A DNA stretch of 64,000 nt from the NCBI GenBank assembly GCA_013265495.1, contig MU057847.1:77875-141874 (forward strand), in the 5' to 3' direction. Shown here piece by piece: positions 52,063 to 64,000 of this stretch; position 1 is the first letter of the stretch; the number at the start of each line of letters is the position of its first letter. This stretch comes from Vicugna vicugna. Lineage: Eukaryota. A program made the position numbers and the translations under genes. The notes beneath the pieces are model-generated. The model did not search any database, had not been told where the DNA came from, and worked only from the letters and a program-made list of their open reading frames with translations.

Positions 52063-52679
52063 AGACTCTGTGGAAAGCATTTTATCCTATCAGATTTTTT
52101 TTTTTTAGTAATGAGGCCAGCTGCTTCTCATTAGCATTCCCCACTCTGGGAAGGCAGCAAAGCTTTCAAGCAAAGTCTGCTGAATCCTTGAACTTGAACA
52201 AGGCTGTAGTTCAACAATTTCAACCACCTTGGAAGACAGGCCTTTTTCCTTGTTTTGTTTTTTCTCCCCCCACCCCCCCCTCCCCGAGCCCTTGCTCAGT
52301 CCTCAAGTCAGACCGTTTGAGAAGGAAAAGGCAGCTCTGAGGCTTAAGCATCTGGGGTTGGCCTAGAGAGAGCAAGTATTTGAATAATGACTGATAATGA
52401 AACTTTATACCTCTGCTGGGCCAGACTTCGTGATGACCATTATTCCATGACTTTATGCCCCTTGGAAGTGGTTCTGAAGGCCTCTCATCATTTACTGAAT
52501 AAGAAGTTGCGTTATTTCCTTTTTCTTTACTCAGGTGGCCAGCTTTTTCATGGGACTTCATGCAGAGGGGTCTTTTGCTGCAAGTCCACCCCCTATATGT
52601 TTTTAAACATTGTCCCCATACGTATGAAAAAGGGGACCTTTTCCCCTACTGATTCTGATTTGTCACTGCAACACCCCCC

Positions 52680-53200
52680 CAACTCCTCATTCATCCATCC
52701 ATAAAAACACGCGGTGAACATCTTCTGTGTGTCTGGTGCCAGGCACTGGTGATCTCTAGATAAGCGACATGTGGTCCCTATCTTCAAGGGGTTATCAGCT
52801 ATGATGGAGGTAGGTACAAAGGGTGAGAGCATGGGGCAAGGGTGGTAACCTTTGAGCTGGATTTTGAAGAATGTGTAGGATTTCAAGGATGTGGGGATTA
52901 GGGAGGTCATGTTCCAGGCCAAGTGGACAGCCTGTGCAGAGTGCAGAGAATGGAAAAGAACATGGTGTGTTTAGGGAATGACTGATGATTCTGGAAGACC
53001 AAAACATGAGGGTGCGGGTAGGGGTGGACTGCTGGTAAAAGGGAGGGGGGCAGAGAACACCGGCTTTTTGAGAGCTTTGAGTGTTCAGAACTTGGCTTTC
53101 ATCCCACAGGCAGCAGGAAGTTGGGGAACTAGTTTAAGCTCATGGTCAGATGGGTATTTTAGAGAGAACATTGTGACTTTTTTTGAGATACCAATGAGGT
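52680..53200 (-). mobile_element. L2 fragment
   Basis: TCATTCATCCATCC...GTGCCAGGCACTG...TTTGAGCTGGATTTTGAAG. Confidence 0.7.
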
Positions 53201-53769
53201 GACTGTAGTTTTTGCTAAATATCATAAATAAAAATAGAGACCAGAGGAGCCAGTGCCAAGGCCACTATTAAAGAACCCTGGTGTAATTAAGGAACAAATT
53301 CACTTGAAACTTAGATGAGCCATAATGAGACACAGAAAAGAAATACAATTTTCTCCTCTGTGAGGAGATATTGGGGAAGCAAAGCTCTGGCTAATATGGT
53401 CAGCCTGGGGTACACGGAAAGACGTTTTGCCAGTGGTGGTGGCTGTCAAGTAGGATGAGGCAGGGGGTCTGTTCCTGAAACCTCCTCCAGGAGGATTTGG
53501 GACTAACCCCACTAATCGGGCTCTGCCCCCAGGGACCCTGTGGCTGGGACACCTGGGGGTGGGCTCTCTGCACCAAGGACAAGAGGGGCCAGAGTGCTTG
53601 ATTCTGCACAGGTGAATAACCTAGGGCCAGGGCCCACGCCCACTTTGCCAGAAGAGAAGGCAGGTCCTGCTCAGTTGGGAAATAAGGATAATTATCCTCC
53701 TAGATAGCATGCCTCTGTTTCTAAGAAATTTCTGACCACAAAGATGATTCTTCCATTACTTCTCCTTCT

Positions 53770-55600
53770 TTTATTGACGTTAGGCATTTACCAAGTGCCT
53801 GTGGTGTACCAGGTCCCATTCTAGGTGCTGGGAGATCCAGGGATGAACACAAGGGACAAGGCCCCTGCCTTAACGAAGTTTACATTCTAGTAGAGGAGAC
53901 AGACAAGAAATTGCAATTAAATTAATACAGATGATCATTTCAGATAGTGATGAGTGCTATGAAGATGTTAGTAAGGGATAATGGGATAGAGAGAGACTAG
54001 AGGCTTTAAGTAGGAGCATCATGGAGGTCCTCTCGTTAATGTTTGAGCTGACTTGAAGGTTGTAAAGGAGTCAGCCTTGCTGCTAGCTGGGAAGGAGCCC
54101 TTCTGGCAGAGGGAGCAGCAAATGCAAAGATCCCAAGATGGAAAGGGGCGGAGTGTGTTGGGGATTAGCCAAGGCCAGGGAGAAGGCAAGGGGAAGGCCA
54201 GTGAGGCTGGAGCTGAGGGAGAAAGTAGGAGGGTAGCAGGACTGGTGACTCGAGGGAGGAGCATGGGCAGAGGGCCAGATCACATAAAACCCAGAAAGAG
54301 TGAGTGTCAGGGGAACCAAGGGTCTAATATGCAGTTAGGTGGAGATGTTGACTAGGCAGTTATAGGAAGAATATGGAGTTCGGGGAAGTGGTCTAGTCTG
54401 GAGATAGATATTTTGGAGGCCAGTGAAGAGATAGTATCTATAAGGCCTGAATGAGATTATCTACAAGATGGTAGTCACTAGCCCCATATGACTATTGAGC
54501 ACTTGGAACGTGGCTAGCCTGAATTGAGATGTACTCTACGTGTAAAATACAAACCAGACTTCAGAGACTTTGTATGAAAAAAGAATAAAATAGTTCATTG
54601 ATATTATTTTTATAATGATTATATGTGGAAATGATAATATTTTATTCTATTGAGTGAAATAAAATATATTATTAAAAGTGATTTCACCTATTTCTTTTTA
54701 ATTTAATTTATCATTATTTGGGGGAGAGGTAATTAGGTTTACTTATTTACTTATTTTTTAGAGGAGGTACTGGGGATTGAACCCAGGACCTCATGCATGC
54801 TAAGCATGTGCTCTACCACTTGAGCTATACCCTCCGCCACCTGTTTCTTTTTGTCTTTTTATTTTTTTAATTTTTAAAAATTAAAAAAATTTTTAACTTT
54901 TTAAATTGAGTTATAGTCATTTTACAATGTTGTGTCAAATTCCAGTGTAGAGCACAACTTTTCAGTTATACATGAACATACATATATTCATTGTCACATT
55001 TTTTTTCGCTGTGAGCTACCACAAGATCTTGTATATATTTCCCTGTGTTATACAGTATAATCTTGTTGTCTTTTTAGATATGGCTACTAGAAAATTTAAA
55101 ATTACATATATGTCTTGCAACTGTGGCTCCCATAAACATTTCTATTTAATGGCGCTGGTCTAGGAAATGACTGTAGATAAAGAAAAGGGCCAAGGGTAGA
55201 GCCCTAGGGTGCTACAACATTTCAAATACAGGGAAAGGAGAAAGATACAGCAAAGAAGGTTGAAAAGGGCCAGCCAATGAGGTAGGAGAACCATCAAGGG
55301 AGTGTGGTGTTTAGAAAGGCAACTGATAAAATTATTCAAAATAGAGGGAGTGTCAGATGCTGTTGGGAGGTCAAGTAACTGATGGTTGGCTCCAACGAGA
55401 GAAATTTTGGTGGCATAGTTTGGAAGCAGTTGGATCTGGAAGGCCGGCTGGAAGGAGCTCAAAAGAATAAGAAGTGAAGGCATAAGGGCAGTATGTATAT
55501 ATAACTCTTTTGAGTTGGGCTTTAAAGAGATGCAGAGAATTGGATGGTAACAGGAAGAGGATTTTGAATCAAGGGGAGGTTTGTGTTTTATTGTGGTTAT
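53770..55600 (-). mobile_element. L2 relic hosting MER33 (54470-55160), which hosts a SINE and an L1 tail (54860-55070)
   Basis: L2 antisense motifs on both sides; MER33 motifs TGGTAGTCACTAGCCCCATATGACTATTGAGCACTTG ... ATGGCTACTAGAAAATTTAAAATTACATAT. Confidence 0.8.
54700..54837 (-). mobile_element. tRNA-derived SINE (Vic-1-like) inserted in MER33
   Basis: Consensus match; target-site duplication (TSD) CACCT(A/G)TTTCTTTTT at ~54685 and ~54838. Confidence 0.88.
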
Positions 55601-56152
55601 TGGTTGGTTTGTTTGGAAGGGAAGACTGCTCAACTTATGGTGGTACTGTCCTCAGGGACCTTGGGGTTCAGTTGGGGAAATGAGGCAAGTATGCCTGAAA
55701 GACTTTGAGACAGTCTAAACTCAAAAGTTAGTTAAATCGAATGATTCTGTTAGCGCTACAGGAATGCAGGTGCTGCCACGATGCCCTCTTTCTTTGTTCT
55801 CCCTTTGTCTCTCATAGTTTTCTCTTTGGTTGTTGTTTCCCTTTCTCCTTCTACCCCTGACAGTGGTGGGTCAAAAACAATGTTAGCCTGCCGTGCACGT
55901 GGCCTGCTATTTTGGAAAATGGGCTCCTTTTCCACGGGCTTCTTCAAAGCTCAGGAGTAGTTTATTTCCACAGTGTCTAAGTAACCTTTCTCAGTGGCAG
56001 GGGCAGGGTGCTGCCATGTTTATTAAGATGGTCCGGGGACTCATCAGTGATGTGAACTGTTCCTGGCCCAAAGAATCCTCCTGTTCTGTTTAATTTCTGA
56101 AGGGCTTCTGAATTTCCCTACCCCTTTGCTCTTTCCAGATCTCCAGATGAAA

Positions 56153-56179
56153 CGCGCGTGTGTGTGTGTGTGTGTGTGT
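56153..56179. repeat. (CG)3(TG)n alternating purine-pyrimidine tract (Z-DNA-prone)
   Basis: Direct reading. Confidence 0.9.
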
Positions 56180-57049
56180 ATGGTAATTAGTGAGCATTGT
56201 GTGGGCCCGGGGTTGTCATCTTCAGGCAGAGTTGTGATATTGGCTCATAGAGTTTGAGTGACTTGAATAAAGTATCAATACCTTGCAGCCAAAGCCCCCC
56301 TGGAACACACTAGTCGTTAAACAAGCTGGGTTGATTATTCATGGCAGTGGGAGAGACACACTGTGGGGAACACCAAGAGTTCTCAGGGGAGGGTCTGAAG
56401 CCATTTTGACACCAGGACCCGGACCCTGTCAGCTCTCACTGAGGTTTGGAAGCTTTTGCTTTCCAAGGCCTCAGTCACACTCAGTGGGTGACTTCTCAAG
56501 TTGGCCTTAACTTCAAGGCCTGTGGTCGCCCCTCTCTAGCTTCAGAGATATATCAGGGGCTTACAACTAGACAGCAGCACAGACTGGGCATTGGGCCCTT
56601 CCATGAAATAACAATGGCAGCTTGACTATTTGTGGGAGCAAAACAGATCTGGGATTGGAAGAGGGGCTCCAAAACCTACTTAATCCCACTTGATGTACTT
56701 GACTCACTCACATCCAGACCCCAGGGGGAGCTATTGTGAGGGCAGTCTCTGCCTGCCTCTCCCCAGTGCTCTTGCTGTGTATGCATGGAGCATCCTTTCT
56801 CTGGGTGATGGTGCTGATCAGGCCCCCTCCCCTCCACACACAAATTCCCGTAAAAAAATGTCAGTGTTGATTTATAAAGGTTTGGTGATCAGCTGATATG
56901 CTTCCCTGGACTGTCATCCCTAGCTTTAGCTAGAAGGCTAGATTGAATGGAAATTTTATGGTTGACGCTCAGTTGATTATCGGCACTAATGGAAAGGAGC
57001 ACAGGGACAGGTAATTCTCCCATGACATAGAATCAGAGTCCTGGGAGAA

Positions 57050-58560
57050 TTTCCCTTTTCATGGTCACTTCGGTTGTTTCCCATTTGGGGCTGCTTAAAA
57101 CAATGCTGTGATAAACATTCTTGCGTGCATATTTTTGTGTACAAGTGTGAGTATATCTACAGGGTAAAATTCTAGCAGAGATGCTACTGGGTCAAAAAGT
57201 ATGTGTAGCTTTAAAATTTTTGCTACTGTGAAATTGTTCTTTAGAGAGCAGTTTACACTCCATAATGTATGAGAGTGTCCATTTTCCTCATCCTTGTCAA
57301 CATGGAACATCCTCAAAATGAAAACTTTTTGACAATCTGATAGGCAAAAATGTTAACTTAATTTTTTTTGGGAGGGAGAGGTAATTGGGTTTATTTATTT
57401 ATTCATTTATTTTTAAATATATTTTTATTGAAGTAGTCAGTTTACAGTGTTGTGTCAATTTCTGGTGTACAGCACAACACTTCAGTCATATAGGAACATA
57501 CATACATTCGTTCTCACATTCTTCACCATAAGTTACTACAAGATACTGAATATGGTTCCCTGTGCTATACAGTATGAACTTGTTGTTTATCCATTTTATA
57601 TATACTAGTTAGTATCCGAAAATCTCAAACTCCCAATTAATCCCTTCTCACCCTCTTCCCCCCGGTAACCATAAGTTTGTTTTCTACATCTGTGAGTCTG
57701 TTTCTGTTTTGTAGGTAAGTTCATTTGTCTTTTCTTTTTAGATTCCACATATAAGTGATATCATGTGGTATTTTTCTTTCTCTTTCTGGATTACTATTCA
57801 TTTATTTTTAATGGAGTTACTGGGGATTGAACTGAGGACCTTGGATCTCTATCACTGAGTTATGCCCTCCCGCAGACCCCACTTTAACTTAATATTTTGA
57901 TTTACATTTCTTTATTTTTGAGTAGGATTGAGCCTTCCTTTATGGATTTCCCTTTCAATAAACTGCCTGTTGTAGCCTTTGCTCCATTTTATAGTGATTT
58001 GTTTGTCTTTTGTTGATTGATATGCACTCAACAAATTCAGAAAATTGGCCCCTATATCTATATTTGTTCTAAGTATTGCTTCCTAGTTTGTTCTTCTTTT
58101 GTTGACTCTTTCCCTTTCTTTGACCAAAAGTTTAAAATTTTTATGTGGTCAAATATCTCAATTTTTTTCTTTATGACTTATCAATACCATTTTGTCTCCC
58201 TGGGCATGCCCATGAGTAGTAACGGGCCTCCAAATCAAATGGACCCCGACACAAAGCAATAGGTCAGGTTTTATACATCTGTCTTTGTTTTTGGAAACAT
58301 AACAGCTTTATTGAGCTATACTTCACATACTATCTAATTTATCAATTTAAAGTATACAATTCAGTGTTTTTTTAATATAGTCAAAGATTTGTGCAATCTT
58401 CATCACAATTAATTTTAGAACATTGTCTTCACCTCCAAAAGAAACACTGTGCTCTATCACTCAAAAAAAAACACCCCTCTTCCTCTAGCCCTAAGCAAGA
58501 CACTTTCTGTGTCCATGTGTTTGCCTATTCTGAAAATTTCATACAAATAGAATCATTGTT
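57050..58560 (-). mobile_element. Old L1M fragments (57050-58190, 58300-58560)
   Basis: GGTTGTTTCCCATTTGGGGCTG...GCTGTGATAAACATTCTTG; ACAGCTTTATTGAGCTATA...TTTAAAGTATACAATTCAGTG. Confidence 0.8.
57361..57872 (-). mobile_element. tRNA-derived SINE interrupted by a younger L1 3' end (57417-57794)
   Basis: SINE tail at 57361-57416 and head at 57812-57872. The L1 is flanked by a perfect 17-nt TSD TATTCATTTATTTTTAA (57400-57416, 57795-57811). Confidence 0.85.
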
Positions 58561-58737
58561 TTTTTTAATAAAGGATAATTCTCTCTAATGGCAATTCACT
58601 TTGTATATTTTTCTTGCCTAGTTTAAGGAACTAACTGAAGGATAAGGGGTAGGGTAAAATGATGATTTTATGTCCTGGATATCAAACAATCTTTTGTGCT
58701 TTTCTTTTGCTCTATATTTTATTTTAGTGATCTTACT

Positions 58738-58798
58738 ATGGCCGAATCACTAAGTGAAGTTTCTGGCAGTGTGGAAGTTCTGGAGGCCAGTGATGAGG
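58738..58798 (+). CDS. KIAA1210: First coding exon of KIAA1210 (testis/acrosomal protein, CRACD/KIAA1211 family); exon 58728-58798, CDS continues beyond the window
   Basis: Polypyrimidine tract and AG at 58726-58727; strong Kozak ACTATGG (ATG 58738); donor GAGG|GTAAGT at 58798/58799. It encodes MAESLSEVSGSVEVLEASDE(G), matching human KIAA1210 [21 protein letters not shown] as I recall it. The next human exon (GKKK..KFKA..) is not in the window. Confidence 0.92.
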
Positions 58799-60019
58799 GT
58801 AAGTCACCCAATAAAATCCTGATAACTAGAACCAGATTTGTTTACTGTGTTGAACCCCTAGGAAGAAGAATCAAGTCACAAGAAAACAAGTTCATATCAA
58901 ATTTTTAATAACACTAGACTCAGTCCACATTTACCTTTCCATCTTCTAGTCTCTTCTCTTTCACCTCCAACTCTGATAGTCAAAAAAGGTTTGTCTAGCT
59001 AGGCCTTGCAATCTTCTTGGGGGATGGTTACCAGGTTCTGGTTACTAAAGCAGGAGAAATATTTCTGCTTAATCAGAAAAAAAATCAGAGCAGGCCATGA
59101 TTGGAGTGATTCAAGTGAGGTTTTACTGTAGATAGTAATCCAGATTTAACCAACAGATAAAGTTGTAATTTGAAGAGTAAAGGAGGGGATAGAAATGAAA
59201 GACGCCACTGTAGGCTTCTGTTAAATAGGAATCAATTTACAAAATTTTCTTTTTGCAAAATTACTCAGATGTGTATCCATTGCCTAAATTATGGTGCCAC
59301 CTGTGAGTGGTAGGAGACCATGGGTGGGATGATAGACAGGCAGAAGTCACCAAACAGTGATATGCTTTATTGACCCAAAAAAAGGGAGGGGGAAGGAAAT
59401 GAACCATATGAAATGAGACATTGAATTTCAAGACAGAAGTGAATTTAACAGTTCACTGGACTGTTTGTCAATTTTTGCTGAGTTTTCTTAGTAGTGTGTG
59501 GTGCAGAAGACTTGGTCTGGAAGGGCAGTGAGAAGGGGAACTTCTTGTGGCTTCCTGGAACCCTGACGTCACTGATGATTTGAGGCCGGGGGTCCTGAGC
59601 CAGGTGCATGGATCCTTGAGGGCAGAGCTTGGGGCTTCATCTCTGTGTCACCATTGTTTAGTATTGGGCCTCAGAGAGAGTGATTAGACACTCAAAAGTA
59701 TTTAATCAATGAATGAATAGATACCTGAATGATAGTCCTCCTCACCAAGGCAGCCCCAATTACCAAACCAACTGATGTATCTTTTGGGTTATGAGCTAGA
59801 CAGATACTTACAAAAGAAGGTGGCAATGCGGTGCGTCTTGATGGAGAATGGAGGTAAGGAAATGCCTTTTCTCTGTTCCCAAGTTTTTTTTTAAGGAGCC
59901 GAACATTTGGGTACATTATTAGTATTAGCCATTGCTAGCCAGAGAATAATGTGGCTGTTGAGAGGATGAAGGGAAGAACGGCTAGTTAGGAGAGTTTTCC
60001 TTGCAAGCAGCAATGCAAG

Positions 60020-60330
60020 AGAACAAGGTCACCATGATGTGATGTGCTTTGAAAGCTCATCAAGTTCAACCTGGATGGGCTGCCTATGTGCATGGTAGAC
60101 AAGCAAATGTACAACCCAGAAGCAATGATTTCTTCATTGGATTTAACAGTGTTTTCTTCTGGTGAGGAGGTAGGGGACTGCCTTCCGGGGCCGTTTTCTG
60201 CCATGTGATGCACTGCAGACGCTCAGTGGTTGAGGATGTTGAAAGCTACTGCCTTTTTGGGAATACATTGTCCTTCGACTTGGCCAGAGATGTCAATGGC
60301 TTTGGTACAGAAGTCCAGACAGCTGTCACC
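60020..60330 (+). mobile_element. Ancient CR1/L3-like reverse-transcriptase fragment
   Basis: NKV..(H)DV..KLIKFNLDG...FSSGEEVGDCLPG...EDVES resembles CR1 RT FDKVSHDIL.KL.K.GLD...S.W.EV.SGVPQGSVLGP...DEGVES. Confidence 0.45.
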
Positions 60331-61546
60331 TCTCAGCTGTCAGCTCACTGACCACCACCGCTGTGGCTCACGGGGACATAAATCACCCAGTGTACCGGTG
60401 ACCTACATAAACATTACTGGTACAAATGTGGGTTTTGACCCAAACCTGCTGTCTAGGTCTATCTATCCTTTAAACTTTCAGCAGCTTTGGAAACCAGCCC
60501 ACACAGGGCTCAGCTGCTGACAATTTAAAGGCACCCATTTACAAAAGAAAACTTGAAAGGCTCCTTTATACCATTGAATATATGGCAACTGTCTTGGACT
60601 CCATTAGGGTTTCAAAAGCAACACATGGACAGTTCCCAGCTTTGTGTCTCACTCCCAGGGTCTCCATACATGCGGTCTGACGCGTTTGGAGTAGGAAGGT
60701 CTCCTAAGCCAGAGCAGGCTAGAGACTTGGACTCTTGCAGCTGAACTGGATGTCTGGCAATGGGTTGCTCAGTAAGGCTGTGTCCAGCTTTCTACTGCCC
60801 TAGATCAATGGGCAGCCCACCCACCCTGTGTGGTGGTTACCATCTCTTGGTGTCTTCCCAGCTCCCCACCAACAAAGCTATCCCACCGCTATACCCAGAG
60901 CTACCCCAGAGGGAGGAAAGGAAACATTCTTTGCCTCCTAGTGGCCATGATTGAAACAGACAGGCATTGCTTAAGGTATTTTGAATCCTCCTAGGAAAAT
61001 AAGTTGTTTCACCCGAGCAAAAATGGAAGATTGGGGGAACACTGGAATATATACATATTAATTTTTAGCACCTGTTACAGTTCTAATGGCACTAGTCGTT
61101 TGGTTAATTTTGGAACATAAAAATGTGTTTATGCATAATTTTGTTCGTTCCTACAATGATTATGTTTGGTACATTCAGTTTTACAGCTTGAAAAGTTTAT
61201 TGCAAGTATTTTTACTCAGTTGTTAAGTGTCTGTAGATTGTGTCACCTGCTGATTCTCTCCCATCTGTCTTTGCTGGTTTGTGAGAAGCAGGTTTGCAAC
61301 TCTAAATCCTCTAGCTTTGCCCTCCTCCCTTCCATTCTGGGATTTCAAAGCAAGAAGGGCAATCATCACGATGTTTCCAACACTCTGAGTGTAAAGTTGT
61401 TCTCCTTTCGGAAGGCCAGGAGATCCACCTGTCAAGAATCAATACATCTCATTCCTTCCGTTTGAAAAATGGCAATGCCTGCAAAGGCTCCTTCCTGTTT
61501 GTGAGGGAACACCAGCCAGTTCATCCTCACCAGGCAGGAATGATTT

Positions 61547-61736
61547 AGTGGTATGTTGGAGCTGGCGCCCACTGGCTTGGGAGTCTGTGCATATCTCTTT
61601 CCAAACATCATGTTGGTAGCTTGACATTGACCATGGTGGGAGTCTACACCATAGAAATGGGCAAATACAAAATATTACAAATAAGGACATTTTCCCCAGA
61701 GATCCAGTTGGGAAATATTTTCCAGCAAAAAACTGA
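61547..61736. mobile_element. MER63-like hAT element
   Basis: AGTGGTATGTTGGAGCTGGC...GGTAGCTTGACATTGACCATGGTGGGAGT..ACACCA...CCAGCA. Confidence 0.6.
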
Positions 61737-62626
61737 TTATAGTAATTAGTTTAGTATCATAATCAGGATTTTACATAAAAATCTAACTATTTCATAGATT
61801 AGAAATCATTTCGGGGTGGGGAGATTAAGAACGAAGGCCAGAGAGCAAAATAGAGATTATTTTAGAGCCAGCCTACTCTGTCCTGTATACTTTTCAGTAC
61901 TTTCATGTTGAATCCTTACAGTAGTTCTATGAAGTCAAATATCATTTTAAATAATTTAATTTATTATCATAGAAATTAGTTTAATTTTTCCTTAAAAAAA
62001 TTAAAGAAGGCAACTTGGGAAAATACATGTTTCGTATTGTATCTTCAGGCTTTATTCTGTCTATCTCAAGGTAGAATTGCCAAGTTTATCCCACCCATGA
62101 CCCTGTATAGGTACATCCTAGCAGATGAGAAGTTCCTCATGTCCTCCCAAACTGAAGTTACTTAAGCAACGATTATCAAGCACACAATCCTATAATCTTC
62201 TTTCATCGCTTCACCCCATGCTGGCTTCTGCTTCTAATCCATGTGTATTTTAGAGTTCAATGTATCTACTGAGTTATAGATATGGGGAGCTTCCTCTTAT
62301 CTATAGTTAGATTAGATGGATAGAATTGATAGAACAATGCTACAGATAGAATGGAATCTAGTCTTAATAGACCATGATTGTTTCCCTAATTCTAGCTCAG
62401 ATTTATTAGCATTTACTACATGCCAGCTCCTATGCCAAGCTCTTTACTGCATTATTTACAATTTACATCAATCCCAATAAGGGCCAGTGTTTAAGTTACA
62501 GGATGCTTAAGGGTGGCTCTGCTCAGTGATTTCAATTTAAGGGAAGTGACATGCTGAGTTGCACCCCTCAATGGACTCAGTTGTCTCTTGAGTGCTACTG
62601 CATGCTTTGCACTGTACTGGTTACTA

Positions 62627-62728
62627 TTTATTTATTTATTTATCTACTTATTTATTTTAATGGAGTTACTGGGAATTGAACCCAGGACCTCATGCATGCT
62701 CTCCTACCGCTGAGCTGTTTCCCTCCCC
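62627..62728 (-). mobile_element. tRNA-derived SINE (Vic-1-like)
   Basis: Consensus match; 20-nt TSD with 2 mismatches (62607-62626, 62729-62748). Confidence 0.88.
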
Positions 62729-63104
62729 TTGCACTATACTAGTTACTAAAGAGGATGCTAAAGAGGGCCTGCCTGCAGCCTTGATGTGGGGGATGAGAGC
62801 TAAGACAGAACTTATCTTATCCCTTTCTCATTGAGATCCAACCCACAGTAAGTGCTTGATCTTAATAAATGTTTGTTGAATAGGTGAAGGAAGGAATAAA
62901 TGAATGCACAGATTGAAGAACATTCCGATGCAAAACTTGTGGTGCCAACAGTCAAGGTTTACGTGTACAGAGAGGAGCGTGAATTGTAGTAATGGTGGAC
63001 TTCAGGCCGGCCTGGAAGCTTAGAAACCTTTCTAATAGGCAGGCCCAGAAGTAATCAGTACACAAATAGACCATCGCATTTCAGAGCTAGAAGGAACCCT
63101 ATTT

Positions 63105-63300
63105 CAGCATTTCCCAAGGTGTGTTTTGCCAAACATTCTGCACACATGCATTTGGCAAATAGTATCGTTGTCCATTTGCTTGGAGCTTCACCATACACAT
63201 AGGCATGTTGAAGTTTCAGAAAAGTCTTGTTGGAAAGCAGACCCCCTTTTCATGCAGTACACCTATGAGTATCCCTCTGAACACCCTCTGGGAGATGCTG
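63105..63300. mobile_element. hAT-type MITE (MER112-like)
   Basis: Terminal inverted repeats CAGCATTTCCCA ... TGGGAGATGCTG. Confidence 0.55.
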
Positions 63301-64000
63301 ATTAGTGTGATCCCCTCATTTTCCTGCTGAGCCCCAAGGTCCCAGAGCTAACTGATAGCAGAGCCAAGCCAAAAGATTCCAGAATTTTCTGAATCTTAGG
63401 TGGTTCTTTCCATCACACCACTAAGTCTTTCTAATGGCAGCCATGTCGGCAACTCCCTTGGCTCAGCCCTTCACTGCCAGTGCAGCATTGCAGGGACCAG
63501 ACTGTCGGGAATTGGAATGAGACAGCTGAGTTGGCAAATGATTGCATGTGAAAGCAATAATAGCTGCTTCCTTCCCTCTGAACAATGCAGCATGAACTCC
63601 CCTCCCTTTTCCCCTCTTCTACTGAGCCCCGTAAAGGTATACGTGCTTATTAGGAAACTCAAGAGAGTCCAGACAGAGCCTTGGGGGCATTTAAAGCTCA
63701 CATTCCTCACTGCTGCCCTGTTTTTTTTATTATTATTATTCTAGATAGAGCAAATGTTCAATTATCTGCCTGTGCAGAGGGCAGCAGCCCTGTAGATCAT
63801 CTGAACCAATCAGCAATAATTGAAGCACACACACAATGCACATAATACATAAACACACCCCTCCCTTGCAAAACCCTTTGGTATCTGATTTCATCAAACC
63901 TTTTGCAGAGGCAGCTTCATTGCCCAGCAGCCCTTTCTTCCCAATTCCCAGACCTCTCCCCTGCTCATAAATTCCTTTCTTGAGGACATCTTCCCTGAAT

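Larger units (their letters stand above)
35870..64000 (+). other. KIAA1210: Inferred 5' span of the KIAA1210 transcription unit (CpG-island exon, long first intron(s), first coding exon, start of next intron)
   Basis: The CpG island carries sequence homologous to the first exon of the human long isoform, and the coding exon lies ~22 kb downstream on the same strand. The exact TSS and UTR exons cannot be fixed from sequence alone. Confidence 0.7.

Noticed and set aside
58696..58908. 70-aa ORF taken as a whole gene
   Set aside because: Only 58738-58798 is exonic; the flanks are the acceptor tract and intron.
61360..61440. Apparent - strand terminal exon (ttcttgacag|VDLLAFRKENNFTLRVLETS**)
   Set aside because: No matching protein recognised and no upstream partner exons; it also loosely resembles a CR1 ORF2 C-terminus (RKNFFTVRV), so chance or a LINE relic is more likely.
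1..64000. CRISPR arrays, operons, rRNA or other prokaryotic systems
   Set aside because: The sequence is clearly mammalian; there are no regularly spaced repeat-spacer arrays or gene-dense segments.

Overview
Mammalian genomic DNA, very probably from a camelid: five copies of a tRNA-derived SINE match the camelid Vic-1-type consensus as I recall it. By gene content it is probably X-linked (orthologous to human Xq24). About 35.8 kb of repeat-rich upstream sequence (L1, L2, MIR, CR1/L3, LTR, Tigger and hAT relics) is followed by a CpG-island promoter at about 35.9-36.8 kb and the 5' part of KIAA1210 on the + strand. Only one coding exon is supported, 58728-58798 (ATG at 58738, MAESLSEVSGSVEVLEASDE-G); the rest of the gene lies beyond the window. 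Almost all entries in the ORF track are chance ORFs or L1 debris. I found no convincing new biological system. The best leads are: the human 'long-isoform' N-terminal extension is present but disabled; an old ~180-bp duplicated splice-donor module lies in intron 1; a decayed coding-like relic may derive from a CHST2/CHST7-type sulfotransferase; there may be a spliced antisense transcript; two L1 3' transductions and one twin-primed L1; and a strong retroelement strand bias extending upstream of the promoter. All homology calls are from memory and by-eye alignment, not database searches, and repeat boundaries are approximate.
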